DNA of 64,000 bases from Takakia lepidozioides (GCA_030704615.1 CM060731.1:42656001-42720000), one strand, 5' to 3'. Shown: positions 48,850 through 61,294, numbered from the stretch's first letter. Notes: generated by a model from the letters alone, not told the origin. Program-made: numbers and translations.

Positions 48850-51800
48850 TTATATTGTCTTCTTCGTGACATCTACACGACCTGAAACCTTGCGAATTTT
48901 CGAGTATATATGTGCTGTAGGTGCAGGTGTAGACACCCTCTTGCTGGTTCTCCGCAAAACCCTAGGCCGGGTTTTCCAGGCCTCCACGAAATCTCGTCTC
49001 ATTTTCAGAGACATGTTGTTGTTGTCGTTCAGAGGACGGAAAGCCTTCGCTGCTGTAGGGTGCAACATTCCAGCCGCACTTTTCACCAGGATATCAACGA
49101 GCTGCCCTGTGCACATACGAAGAGCAAATCGGGCATGTGCCTTCAGGTATTTGTCATCATCTACAATGCGAAGTATGTCCGCGAATTCTTGTTCCATTGA
49201 GGCTGAGACCTCCAGAGGTGCCTCGTCATAGGGGAAGTCGTCCGGAGGATGTCTTTCCATGAACTGATTGGATTCGTCGTTGCCGCCGGCACCATTGCCC
49301 AAGAGCAAGTTAGGTAATCCTCTATGAATGGTTCCCAGCGCCGTGCCACAAGCGCGCACAAGGAGGCCATCCTGCAGGTCAGGGTGAAGCATCTTCAGGA
49401 CACGGACCTGATGCTTGCATAAGTTTCCCTTCATTGCCCATGGGCACGTGCAACAACCCCAATCGCAATCAGGATTGTAAACAATGTATGTTGTGCCGGG
49501 GTGGTTGCTGCTGAGAACGTAGGTTGGTTCACCAGGACCCAAGGGAAGAGTAACACTCTCAGCAGGAATGTCTCGTGCCGCAAGTATAGAACTGAATATG
49601 TACTTTTCGTGTTTGTCATTTCTTATAAACCCGTGGGTCTTCAAATGGATTGCGTACCAGTAGTGTGTTAGTACATGGCCAGTGAGTTCCCATATAAGCC
49701 AGTCCACTCTACGACCACTCATCTTGCCTTTCCCCATGACAAGTCTTGCCTTCAGATTTCCATGGTATGCCTCAATGCTTGCGTTTGTGTCTTGGCTCGC
49801 ATGAGGGACATGGCGGGTTGCTGTACACCACATTGCTATTTTGGGCTTCCAGTGCTGTTCGATATAGTCAAGAAATTCATGTCCTTTCGGGTATTTTGAC
49901 CTCATACGACGGATTCTCCTTGCAACCCACCGAAGCGCTCTTTTCTCGTTGCGTGGTCCCCCTTTACAGTACATGAGGTCTCCCATATCCTTACAGCGGT
50001 CACTGGATCCTTCGTTTTCTTGCATGATTGTTTCACCCATGCCTTGCGGACATGCCAAAGGCAGAGGAAAATGAGTAATAAAAAAACAATTATGCACAAC
50101 ACACATGGTACACATTAGAGTCTTGGGATCGGACTGCAATGGTGGACTGCCGGAGTGGACCGTAACAGCGACCTGTATCAGCGGGCAGAGCCACTGGACT
50201 CGCCCAGTGGACAGTACAATGCCATGACGTTGATGTGCTGGAATAACCCCATTGGACTACCCAGTGGACTTCCCCATTGGACTTCCCCTAGCTAGGACTG
50301 GGGCAGCGGACTGCATCAGCGGACTGCCGAGTGGACTTGGCAGCGGACTTGCCAGGGGACTGATGAGCGGACTTGACAGCGGACTACCAGTGGATTTGCC
50401 CAGCGAACTGCCATCGGGTTTCACCACATGAGTCTGCCAGTGGCCTGTAGCAATGGACTGCTGCAGTGGACCTCGACAATGGACCGGTGTTGTGGACCAA
50501 CAGACTTACCGAATAGCGTTGATTTCTGCTTCAGCATCGTCCACAATGAAGGCATTGGGTCGCCAGCTCGGCAAATCTGCGAAGAGTGAATCGCGCAAGG
50601 CTCTCATCCACGGAACCAGGTCTCTTGTCCGATTCCTCGCGGATAGGTTATAGGCAACTGATATACCGTTCAACCACTCGTCGAAGACCATCAACGTGTA
50701 CAATGGGAACTGTTGGAATGCACAATGTAAGATGGTCAGAGCATGCAAATTCCGCTCAGTTCTGCACGAGAAGACTTCATAAGAGAGATGAGGTCTGCAG
50801 CGATTCACAATGGGTCTGCCCCTCGGTCTTCCGCAACGTACACATGAAAACATACAGAAAGGGTCAGTACACCAAATTTTATGTGAATGTTGCATGGTAC
50901 TATGCTATCATGCTCATACAAGTCCATGGAATCGTTTAAATAATACCTTGTCATGATTTGTCCCAAAGGTTGCATTACATGCAACGATACGGTCATGTCC
51001 TAGTTCCAGCATTTGTCGTTTCTGCCACGAAGTCTGTATGTCAATAGTGAAAGTCAAATCTCCATCAAAATGCTCGAATGTTGGCTCTAATTTCTCCTCT
51101 TGATAGAAAAAAACGGACGCAAGATTCTGGTCTCTCCACATGCGCACACTCTCCGCATCATCGGCGTGCTTTTTGAAGGTTTGCCACGCACGTTTCTCGG
51201 CAAGGTTGCGAACATCTTGCTCCAACAAGAAATCATCGCGGGTCCATGCATCGCCCAAGCCGGTGTTGTTCATCACGTGCTCTTTATGCTCCATCATGAT
51301 TTGGGCGACCGACAGGCCTCGGCACAAACACTCGACGACCTAGGCTTTCAATTCCTCGCTAATGTGTGGTGCATAGGCGTGGCGGGTGTTCCTGAACTCT
51401 GCGGACTTCCCATGCAAGGGTTTCCCTTGCGCATCTGTATGCTCCATGTTGTTGTAGTACGTGAGGACACAGATGTCAGGGGCGAGATAACATTGCTGGA
51501 CCTTGAAACAACATTGGCAACCACGCTTGTAAGACTCTCCATACTCCGACTTCTTTCTCTTTGGGCCTTTATGAGGGCAAGATGTTCCAGCACCCACAAG
51601 AGGTCCTCCACGCTTCTGTTTTGGATCCTCCACTATTGCCTTGTTGGTGCGCTTGTCATCAGGACCGTAACAGCATTGATACCTGGACAGAAAATTCTAA
51701 AATCGATATCCAACGACTTGATGAAGCATAAAATCAGAGAACTCGTGAAACGAAAAATGACAACAGACATGCAATGAAATGTCAAAAGGACTGAGGATGG

Positions 51801-52130
51801 TGCACACATAATACTGGACAGAAATGTGTTGACTCTGGGTGCTTTTCGCGAGCCGGGTTCCACTGTAGAATGGACATTCACCCAAACCTGAGTTGGGTAG
51901 TCCTCCAAACTCTCCTCTCCCGGTACGAAGTCACCAACTCTATCCCAAGGTATGCAGGCCTTTTCAACATTCACTCGCACACCCATAAACCCATATTGCA
52001 TCTCACTCTTCCAATGGAGATCCTTCATGTTGAAGGGTCCCGGTTTTGCTGTTTGCAAACATTGTCGAAGAGGCCGTATAAGCAGGCTTTCCGTGATCAG
52101 TATATCATCGGGTTTTGCTTCCACGTCCAT
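48850..52130 (-). pseudogene. MULE transposase with N-terminal CxC..H finger, DDE domain and SWIM zinc finger
   Basis: Exons ~52130-51807, 51684-50947, 50710-50511 and ~50070-48850; motifs KRGCQCCF, ACNATFGTN (catalytic D changed to N), FIVDDAEAE, LCLWHVRKAW, TNASIEAYHGNLK, CTCPWAMKGNLCKH; premature TAG at 51340 and a frameshift near 49985. Confidence 0.9.
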
Positions 52131-52599
52131 GCCATATACAGTACAAAGGACACGCTTCTGAACATGCAAGAAACGCGCCGCAGTACAAGACACGATCGAC
52201 AATGTACCAAGAGAACAGTGCGCACGTTCGCGGCTGCTGGCAAGTGGCAGACGGCAGGGATGCAGGTTTGAATTGCAGCCCTAAAAATGGAGGGCTCGGA
52301 TGGGTTATGGGAATGGACGGTGGCGATCCTGCGCCGTCAGCGGATTGGATGGCAGGGGACTGGCGGGCAGAGTGGCGGACTGGCAGACTGCTGGGCAGCA
52401 GATTGGCCAAAAGTAGACTGGTAGACTGGAGGGCAGCGGACTCATGGGCGGGGACTGGCCGCGCGGCGGACGGGCAGCAGCGCCCGTGGCTGGGCGGGGG
52501 GGTGCTGGGGAGCCGGGCGTCCGTGCGCGGGGCCCACCGGCCACATCGCACGTGCCCATTGAAGACCCTATTATCTTAAAATGAGAGGCTTTTCAATAT

Positions 52600-54200
52600 A
52601 GGTATGTTTCATACTCGGCGTCGTGTAAGTGAGAGAAAGAGGTATTAAAGTGGATGCGTGGGTGTAGGGGAAGAAAAGCAGATGGGACCTTCACCGGGGG
52701 GGGGGGGAGATGGAAGGAAATGCAAAGGAAAGGCAAGAGTGATAAGAATCCGGGTACTTCGTGATGTAAAAGGAGCTTATTCTATCATACTTGTTTGGGC
52801 TCCCAAAGAGATAGTCAACCACGCTCTGGCCCTTGTACGTGTGGCAAGTGAACTGGCTGGAGAATTTGAAATTGGTTGTTCCATTGTAAATGGCAAGCCC
52901 CTGAGTTTCACAAAACTTGAGTAGATGGTGACCGTAGCTTGTGATTTCACAAGAGGAATCTGCACTTTGCCTCTCCAATTCTGTATGCGAGCGTTGGATG
53001 TGTAGAGGATCTGTGTGGTCGAAGGTGGGGGCCTGTAGTGATCCTGTACGGGCGTTGAAATTTCCAACCAAGAAAATGTCCGTGTGTAGGGTATGAAGAC
53101 GGGCCATATCGTCTTCCAATGTAACATATGGTGAATCTGTTCGAATATGTAGGGAAGGCAACGTATTGGAATCCCAAAGGGTATGAGACAGACTCCTGAA
53201 CCCATTGTGTGGCATTGGGAACACTAGAGCAGCTCGGGAGCAACTCGTGATGTGTCATCCCCCCTGGCACGTCGCAGAAAAAGAGTGTTCGACTCAAACT
53301 CGGCGAAGGGTCTATGGCCACAAGCCTATGGCAAACAACATCTTATGAGTAGCATACACTACGTTTGTGAGGGTGCACTCCAATAGTGGGACTTACCTTG
53401 ACATAAACAATTTATTCGGTCTTTCTAGATTAACTCTAGAAAGCCCTTCACACAAGCATCATTCTGAGACCAGTGCGAGGATGAGCACCGACTGATAGGT
53501 ATAGCCAGGAATAGAGGATAGGTCTTTTCCTTCGTATGCATGTGTTTATAAGAGAAAAAAAACATCTCAATGCGCGGGGAAGATGTCAAGAAGACCTTGG
53601 GGGTGGCTCCAAACGAGCCATTGCAATTCCATGAGCCGATAGTCAGATGTGTGCATGGAATTGGCTCATGGTATCCGGGTCTCTAGTGAGTCCTAGGTGG
53701 GGGACGACCGTTCCGATGTATGATGACACTACTGTCTCTGCATATGGCCCATTTGCCTTGTGCTATGGCCTCATGCACTTGAATTATTAATTCATGGCCT
53801 TGTATTGTGAAGGCCTAAGGTTGTCACTGGGGTACACATTGTTGTCTCTATTGGGGCCACTGCCTGAGTACTCTGTCCCAAGACGTCTTATCTGTGAATC
53901 TGATGAAAAGTTTTTTTCAGTCCGAGGCTCCTTCTTACCAAGCACTCCCGCAGCCCCATGTGGCAGTGCAAGGTCTTGTTGTATAAGCTTGGTGGCTGCC
54001 TCGAGGGGATCCCTGTCACTAGGGTGCCTAGTTGTCCAGTATAGGCATGCACCATAACCATAGTTGTGTAATAGAGCAGAGATGTGAGAGAGGGAGAAGT
54101 TGGAGGTGGATGGACACAGCTGGAGGAATAGGCTATGAAAGTCTGAAGACCAGACATTCCAATGGGTAATGTCAGAAGGAAGGAGAGACCAGCGTGGACT
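52600..54200 (-). mobile_element. 5' part of a degraded LINE (ORF1 remnant and AP endonuclease)
   Basis: LTIGSWNCNGS (~53650), FLVGNFNARTG, SVVDYLFGS, DSYH; ends at the MULE right TIR; carries a rearranged 3' piece of the other LINE family at ~53285-53465. Confidence 0.75.
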
Positions 54201-54539
54201 GAGCAAAATCTGTCTGCTGTACATCAGACATGAGAACATTGGAGATTGAACAGTATGTATGTAGCCTTACTAGGGAGTGTGCACTTACCCTTGACTTGTT
54301 TGGAATTGGGACAGGCATGTGTTCTTTGGATGGGCTGCAGCACAATGTGGAGACACGACATTCACTAGTTCTATGTCTGATGGTCTGCCCTATTGGCATC
54401 TTCTCTCACTTGGTCACCAAGGTCTGTGTTTGCATTTGCTTTCTTCCCTGGGGTTTTGTTGTCTGTGTGGTTGTGCATGTGAGTGAGGGAGAGAGAAAGA
54501 GCGCTTTAGGTGCAAAATGATGATTTTTTCTAAGGGCAT

Positions 54540-54780
54540 TAGGAAGGTTTAGGGTGGGCTCCCACTGCCTGCCAATAGAGACAACCTGCAGACTGATGAG
54601 TGCCTGTGCCCCACTTGTGCTACAGAGACAGGAGGGGAGTTGAAAATGAAGAACATTTCTTCTTTTATTGTCCTTTCTACTACGAGATCCGAGGGAGATA
54701 GCCAATCTCTCACAGAGATCTTCCATTACGAGGATCAGAAATGCTTCTCTACACGAGGTGTTGACCTTAGACAAGCCATT
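54540..54780 (+). mobile_element. degraded RTEX-like LINE 3' fragment (same family as 13830-14222)
   Basis: CCAATAGAGAC...TGCCCCACTTG...GAAAATGAAGAACATTTC...TACTACGAGATCCG matches the MER3 intron copy. Confidence 0.6.
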
Positions 54781-55153
54781 AATCAGTAGTTGTTTTTCGG
54801 CTGCTTGTTGAGGGCCCCACTCTTTACCTTGCTCTTGTCCTAAAAGCTCTTTTGGCTTGCCGCCGATGTTATAAAGTATCATGTATTTCATTTCTCATGT
54901 ACTCCACGATGGTAGAGGACCAGGGCCTTATCTGCCGCAAAACAAGTCAACAGCTAGCAAGTGGATCCAAGCAGAGGCGACTGTCATCATACTACTGAAC
55001 ATACGCGATATTCCAGGCAGCTGCCACAGGACAAGCCCAATTCACAGAAGTCACACCTTACCTCAAGTTTTCTTGGACAAAATGTCATTTTCCATTAGTT
55101 GATAAAAATGGCAAGCATTTGACAGGCTACTCTTGGTTTCATTCTGACCCATA

Positions 55154-58100
55154 GTCTCCCTGTCCTCTAGGAAGCCTATTGACATTGGGTGGACTTGAAA
55201 CGGGAGTACATTAATGTCTCTGTGACTAAATGCCGGCCTTGTGACCTCGTGTCCTTGTTTGTTTCGACCTGAAGCGCTTTGCTTCAGGTAAGGTAGTGCA
55301 TTGGATTTAGTTGGAAAGCTTGGGGCCTTTCCCTCTTTAGAATATGCCTACACGGGCCATTCCCTGCAACTCCCTGGAGTGTGATCTCTGAATGGTAACA
55401 AGCGGACTCCTACCACTTGGGGGCAGCCCCTCTGCCCAAATTGGGCAGTCGTATGCTCTGTCTAGCATACTCGGCACTTGGGCTCGGGTTGGTTCCTGTG
55501 CTTAAACTTATGGCCTGCGAAAACAATCAAAAATTTAGCTCCTATCAACATCAACACTCCTCAGGGTGATCCCTGGGAATTGGTTACTTATGCCAAATCT
55601 AGGGCTTCATGTGTAGTTTTTGGGGTGAATCCCAGGATGGACGATGTGTCCTTTAAAACTACATGCTCTAGCTTAGGCTTGGATTTCATGGCTAATGGTA
55701 CCATCTCGAGACTTGATAACAGGGGTACGTTGAAGGTTGCAATGACCAAAAGTGCTTCTAATAGAGTCCCGCATCAATTCAATCTCAAAGAAGTTCGTCC
55801 CTTGACTGGCTGGAGAGCGGTCTTAGACATTGGTGATTCAATGGGGCGCTCTAGGAAGACAACCAAGGGCCAACTTGAGAGTTTCTAATCGGTTTGATGC
55901 TCTGGATGAGGTTGAATCCAAACAGCCAGAAGGACAAGATGCCCCCAAGTGTACGGAACCTGAACGTCCTGAATCTGAAGGATTTGGTACTCTGAATGGT
56001 TTACCAATCATCAAGGTTTACACAAGGCGAACAAATTCTATACACGGGGTAATTGTCCCCAAGCCGTCAGATGGACAATCTGTCCCTAAGTGTGCAGAGC
56101 CTGAACATCGTGTAACTGAAGGATTTGGTACTCTAAATGGTTTACCAATCCTCAAAGTCTACACAAGACAAGCAAAATCTATACACGAGGTAATTGTCCC
56201 CAAGCAGTCTGACGGACAATCTGCCCCTATGTGTGCGGAGCCTGTGCGTCGTGTAACTGAAAGATTTGGTACCCTGAATGGTTTACCAATTCTCAAAGTT
56301 TACACAAGACGAGCAAAATCTACACATGGGGTAACTGTCCCCCCTTTGCAGAACGGTTGGCCGTCCAGGAGCAATCACAAGCTACCTAGACGACAAACAA
56401 TTCACACGCAAAGGGCTGGCTTGCGGCTGGCCACTTTCAACTTCTCAGGGTTGACCAACCGGGACAAGTTCTTCGGACTAATGATATTCATATCTGTGCT
56501 GGGCAAGAAACATGGGAAACGTCGGATAAACTGGTTGGAGATGTCATTGGTTATAAATGGGCAGGTAAGATGTGTACTCTCAAGGCAGCCTCTGCCAAAC
56601 GCGGTCAAAAAGGGGTCGGATTCTTTGTCCGTGATTTCTTGTTTGACAATTGTGAAATTATCAACAAGGGTTTGAGGTACGAGCATAGTATCTGGCTAAA
56701 ACTGAATTTGAAGGGCGGCATGAGTACAAAGGACCTCTTTGTTGGTTGTGTTTACATGCCCACAGAGGGGACCCTTAGTGCTGACGCAGACAAGGCCTTC
56801 AAAGATGTAAAGCTGGACTGTGCTTTGTTCCTTGCCAAAGGTCAGGTGGTACTATTGGGGGACTTCAATGCCCGGGTGGGCAAAGGGATCCATCAGGATG
56901 ATATCATTGGACCTTTTGGTGAGGACGAGCTGAATTCTAATGGCAGACGGTTAATTAACTGTCTAGAAGAGCTTCAGCTTTTGACCTTGAATAACAGGAC
57001 AAGAGGTGACCAAGTGCAGTGGACTCGTGAGAAACCCCAAACTGGGGAACGTTCCATTGTGGACTATATCATAATGGACAAAATTTTGTTCCCCCAGTGT
57101 GCCAATGTGTTGATCGACAGAACTGATATTGGTACCTCTGACCACTTCCTGGTTTGGACTGAGATCAAAAGGTGTTTTCCCACCACCAAGAGATCTGTGA
57201 AACGTTCGATTCGGAAGTGGCGCATAGAAAAATTCCACAATGAGGAGGTCAAGGCTGAGTACGTCCAGGCCTTGCAAGAGGCTCTCCCTCATTTTGTCCA
57301 ATCGCTCCAAGAACTTCAGTCACGCTCTGTTAACGCAAGAAATGAAGTCGAAAGAGCAGTGGACTCTTGGGAGAGTTTCGTTTCCTCCGTGGCTGACAAG
57401 ATCATTGGGAGGAAACTAATTGTCTGCGGTAGAGCAGTTAATTGGTGGACTAATGAGATTAAACTCAAGATAGCTGAGAGACGAGCCCTCTATAAAGAGT
57501 GCTGCAATTTGGAAACCAACAGAGAATTGTGGGCGAGCTACTACCAGCTCCGTAAAGATATCAATCAGCTTGTTAGGTCTCAGAAGAAATTATACTGGGA
57601 CAAGTTATACAGCGAAATAAACTCAAACCACCATGGTGGTAATGACAAGAAATTCTGGTTGGCCCTTCAACGTTTGTACAAACCGAAAAACGGTCAGCAA
57701 GTACAAGCGCTGAAGACTACTAAAGGTGCAGTGGTGACTTCATCGGTTGACATTGTCAAAACCTTTGAAACTCACTACAGTATCCTTGGCAGAACTTCTA
57801 GGTCTAACAGTGAGGGGTCTTCTGCTGAATGGAGGGACAGTTGGAAAAACTGTTCCTATGATTCAAAACAGCCCTGATGAACTGGAGTATATTTCAATGG
57901 CTTATAATGCTCCCATTAGTTCTTCTGAGATTGTGGAAGCAATTGAACATTTAAATGGATATAAAGCTGGTGGACCTGATGGTATTGTCAACGAGCTTAT
58001 CAAGCACGGTGGCGATCCCATGATAGAGGCCCTAGTTCTCCTCTTTAACCTTATCTGGAAGACTGAAATGATCCCCTTTCGCTGGCGACAGTTGGTCATT

Positions 58101-59993
58101 GTCAATCTATACAAGAAGGGTGACAGAGAAGAACCGGGGAACTACCGTGGCATCACGCTCCTCAATGCTGTTGGCAAGACATTCTGCAGAGTTATAAGTA
58201 CTCGTCTCGAGGTTGATCTGGAGTCTAGAGGTTGTTTCCACGATGGCCAAGCTGGCTTTCGGCGAAACAGGGGCTGTGTGGATCATATCTTCACTCTAAG
58301 CTAGATTATCCAGGGAAGGAAAAAACAAGGGAAACCCACTTATGTCTTTTTCCTGGATGTCAAAAAGGCTTATGACACAGTGTGGAGAGATGGCCTATGG
58401 TTCCGCCTCTGGTCTTGTGGGATCAAGATGTGGAGAGTTGTCCACAACTTGTATGCTCACACCAAAAGCTGTGTCACTGTTAACGGACAGAAGTCCAACT
58501 TCTTTGACATAGACCAAGGTGTAGCTCAAGGATGTACTCTCTCCCCTCTGCTCTTCAATGTTTTCATCAATCAACTCCTCGAGGATGTGGAAAGTGAGGG
58601 ATTTGGGTTAAGGGTGGGTGATACCACCATACCAGCCCTTATGTTTGCAGATGACTTCGCAGGCATAGGGGAGACTCCAACCAATCTCCAGGAGTTGATT
58701 GATTGCGCGAAGAGATACTTTGATCTTTGGGGGCTAGAGGCTAATGTCAGCAAATGTGCAGTGGTAGCATTCAACGACAGAGGAGAGGGAGGAAGTGATC
58801 TTAAGTGGCAGTGGGGTAGCCAAGAGATCCCGGTCCTCCCTTCCTACACTTACCTGGGCGTTGAGTTCTCCTCCAATTGTAATTGGGATGCACATATCCG
58901 GAAAGTTGTTCAAACTGGCAAGGGCAAAGCTCTGGGGCTCACTAAACTTTTCCACTGCAGAGGGGTCAACTCTGAGGTTAAGAAAACCATGCTTTGTCGC
59001 GTTATTAGACCTGCCTTGGAGTACGGTTCTGCTATATGGGTTGATAACTCCAACCAGGCTAAGTCTCTAGAATCCATTCAAGTGGGGGTGCTTAAGGAGT
59101 GTATGTCAGCATGCTCCAAAACAGCCACTGTGGCTGTTCGGGGTGAGTTTGGCATTCTGTCCTTAAGCTCCCGACGAGATGAATTCAAGGTCAGATGGTG
59201 GGGTCAGCTGCAACATATGCCCAACACCAGATATCCTAAATTAATCGACTCTATAACTTGGAAACAGGACCGCCCTGTCAAACAGGCTAAGTCCTGGCAG
59301 AAGAGAGTAGAAGAGATCCTCAATGACCTGGACCTGGATCCGCAAGTCTTGACCCTGCTGGATAAATCTGACTTAGAGGCTGTAGTGTCCTCAGCCATGT
59401 CTGTTGCCATGAGATTGTCTGATGAAAATGAAGTTAGGCAGAAAACTTCCCTGAACTTGTTTCCAGTCTGTGACATGGGGGAGGACATCTTGGATGACCT
59501 CAAGGGTCTACCCACTCTCGGCACTAGACTGAAATTTAAACTCAGGGCAGGAAGCCTACCTTTGAACAGCAAACAGAAGCAGAGAGGAAAGGGAGAGTGC
59601 AATTGCCCGTTGTGTGGGCAATCTGAAGACAGTATTCATTTTCTGATACACTGTCCGGGGTTCTCTCACCAAAGAGACGCTCTCTTCAAATCTATTAAGG
59701 GAATTGTGCCTGTACCCCTGTTTACCAGCTTTGAAAGTCTCGAGGCTGAGCCAAAAGCCCAGGCCCTCCTGAGGCCTAGTTTTTGGGCAAATCACACACA
59801 GCAGATTGATGCTTGTGTGAAGGGATTTCTAGAGGATATCTGGAAAACCCGGATTAATTCTTTATATGGAGGTAAGTCTTACTACCAACGTCAGCCCCTG
59901 ACAGAGGTAGGTTCTGTCCCTTTTGTTCCCGCTCAAACTGGGTGCGGGGTCAATGGCCAGAAGGCTATGGCAAACAACGTCTTATGAGTACAA
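55154..59993 (+). mobile_element. full-length RTE/RTEX-like LINE (4.84 kb) with 11-bp TSD, in an ABA4 intron
   Basis: TSD TCTGACCCATA at 55143-55153 and 59994-60004. ORF1-like region (SNRFDAL) runs into the endonuclease (RLATFN, GDFNARVG, IVDYI, SDH), RT (NYRGITLL, QAGFR, FLDVKKAYD, GVAQGCTLSPLLF, MFADD, YLG) and a CCHC finger; about 3 frameshifts plus a TAG at 58302. Confidence 0.93.
55930..56345 (+). repeat. three 141-bp (47-aa) coding tandem repeats in the LINE ORF1 region
   Basis: C.EPE...EGFGTLNGLPI(I/L)KVYTR(R/Q)..S.HGV.VP three times in frame. Confidence 0.9.
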
Positions 59994-61294
59994 TCTGACC
60001 CATAAAGCATTGATTATCAACTTCACAAAGCTTTCATCTCTCCTCTCTCACAGCGCTTCTCTTCCCAGCCCACCAAAACACCCCCCTGCCCTCCCATGGT
60101 AGTACAGAGGCACATACTTACCTCCGGAAGCCAATATTTGCTTGCAAACATGAAGCGCAAAGTTTCAGAGGTCCAAGAGAGATTCAGGAGATAGAAATAC
60201 AGCGATCCCAGCACCACATATGGAACATTGCTCTTGGACAGCTTCTTGGTCTGCAAAAACATATGTCCACATGTAATGGCACCGTGAAATGACTGAGAGA
60301 CCCCACTACTCAGTGACAAAGGAGTAACTAATCATGACACAGTTTTAAAAAAGACAAAAAAATTCCACAATGGATGATGGGGTGTGACCAGATGAGTCAA
60401 ACTCTAATGCTGATTGAAATTGGTGAAGTACAACTGATTTCTTCATTGATCAATAAGGTTGTATCAGTCAAGATATCAAATTCTAGTTTTAGCAGAAGCT
60501 GCTGGATGTACATCATATCAGAGGTTTACTGAAGCCTTGAGGAGACAGCTCTTGCTTGCCGTGTCTTCATTCCACGCTTTAGATAAGATATCATTCCACA
60601 TTCATGCTGCTTCAATTTTCGTAGTTCTTTTGTTGAGTGTTCAGTTCTGCAGTTGCACATCTTTGCTGGATGAAGATAAGGCTCAAGGCCAAGCTAAGGC
60701 ACATTTAAGTGTAGGCAGTTGTGGAGCTTTTCTATGACTGCCATAGGCCTCTTAAAGAAACTTCTACTACACATTTAGTCCCACTGACGTCCCTCTGTAA
60801 TCTTTAAAAGACCAGCCCACATTGCTCATTAAAGAAGTGGATGAATTCCTAAGTAGGTGACTTTTATGTATGTTGGTGATAAATGAGAGATATCAGGCCA
60901 GATTGGGTTTGCATTCCCAGACATATAAGCCTGAGGGAAGGACCTACTGTCTCAGTCTTCCTGCAACTTGTGAAACTGGATAGTATTTCTGCTAATAGCA
61001 ACATGATGCCCTGATTATAATTCACTTGCTTACTAATCACTAACAGATGAAGTACTCTCACACTCTACACTTTTTCTAGTGAAGTGTAATTAGCGTAAGC
61101 AACTGTCTGTTATCATGAAGAATTTCACTTGAAGATGCCTTAGCTTTGGTCTCCTCCACTGACTTTAAGATGAAGGGACAGAGGATTAGTCAATGTTGTG
61201 GATTCAGCTTAATCGATGGCAAATTAAACCCCTACAAAAATGAGCGATCCATACTTTCAGCTGCTTAACTTTACCTTGACTTCTGTATTAATAT

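Larger units (their letters stand above)
40919..52590. mobile_element. 11.7-kb Mutator-like element (MULE) with long TIRs, convergent transposase and Ulp1-type accessory gene; now defective
   Basis: TIRs 40919-41277 and 52275-52590 (GCCTCTCATTTTAAGATAATAGGGTCTTCAATGGGCACGTG...); no convincing 9-bp TSD. Confidence 0.92.

Noticed and set aside
55154-55480. HDV-like or hammerhead ribozyme in the LINE 5' UTR
   Set aside because: Hairpins are present (e.g. CCTGAAGC/GCTTCAGG, CTGCCCAA/TTGGGCAG), but the nested pseudoknot or the CUGAUGA/GAAA core could not be assembled by eye; needs an Infernal/RNArobo search.
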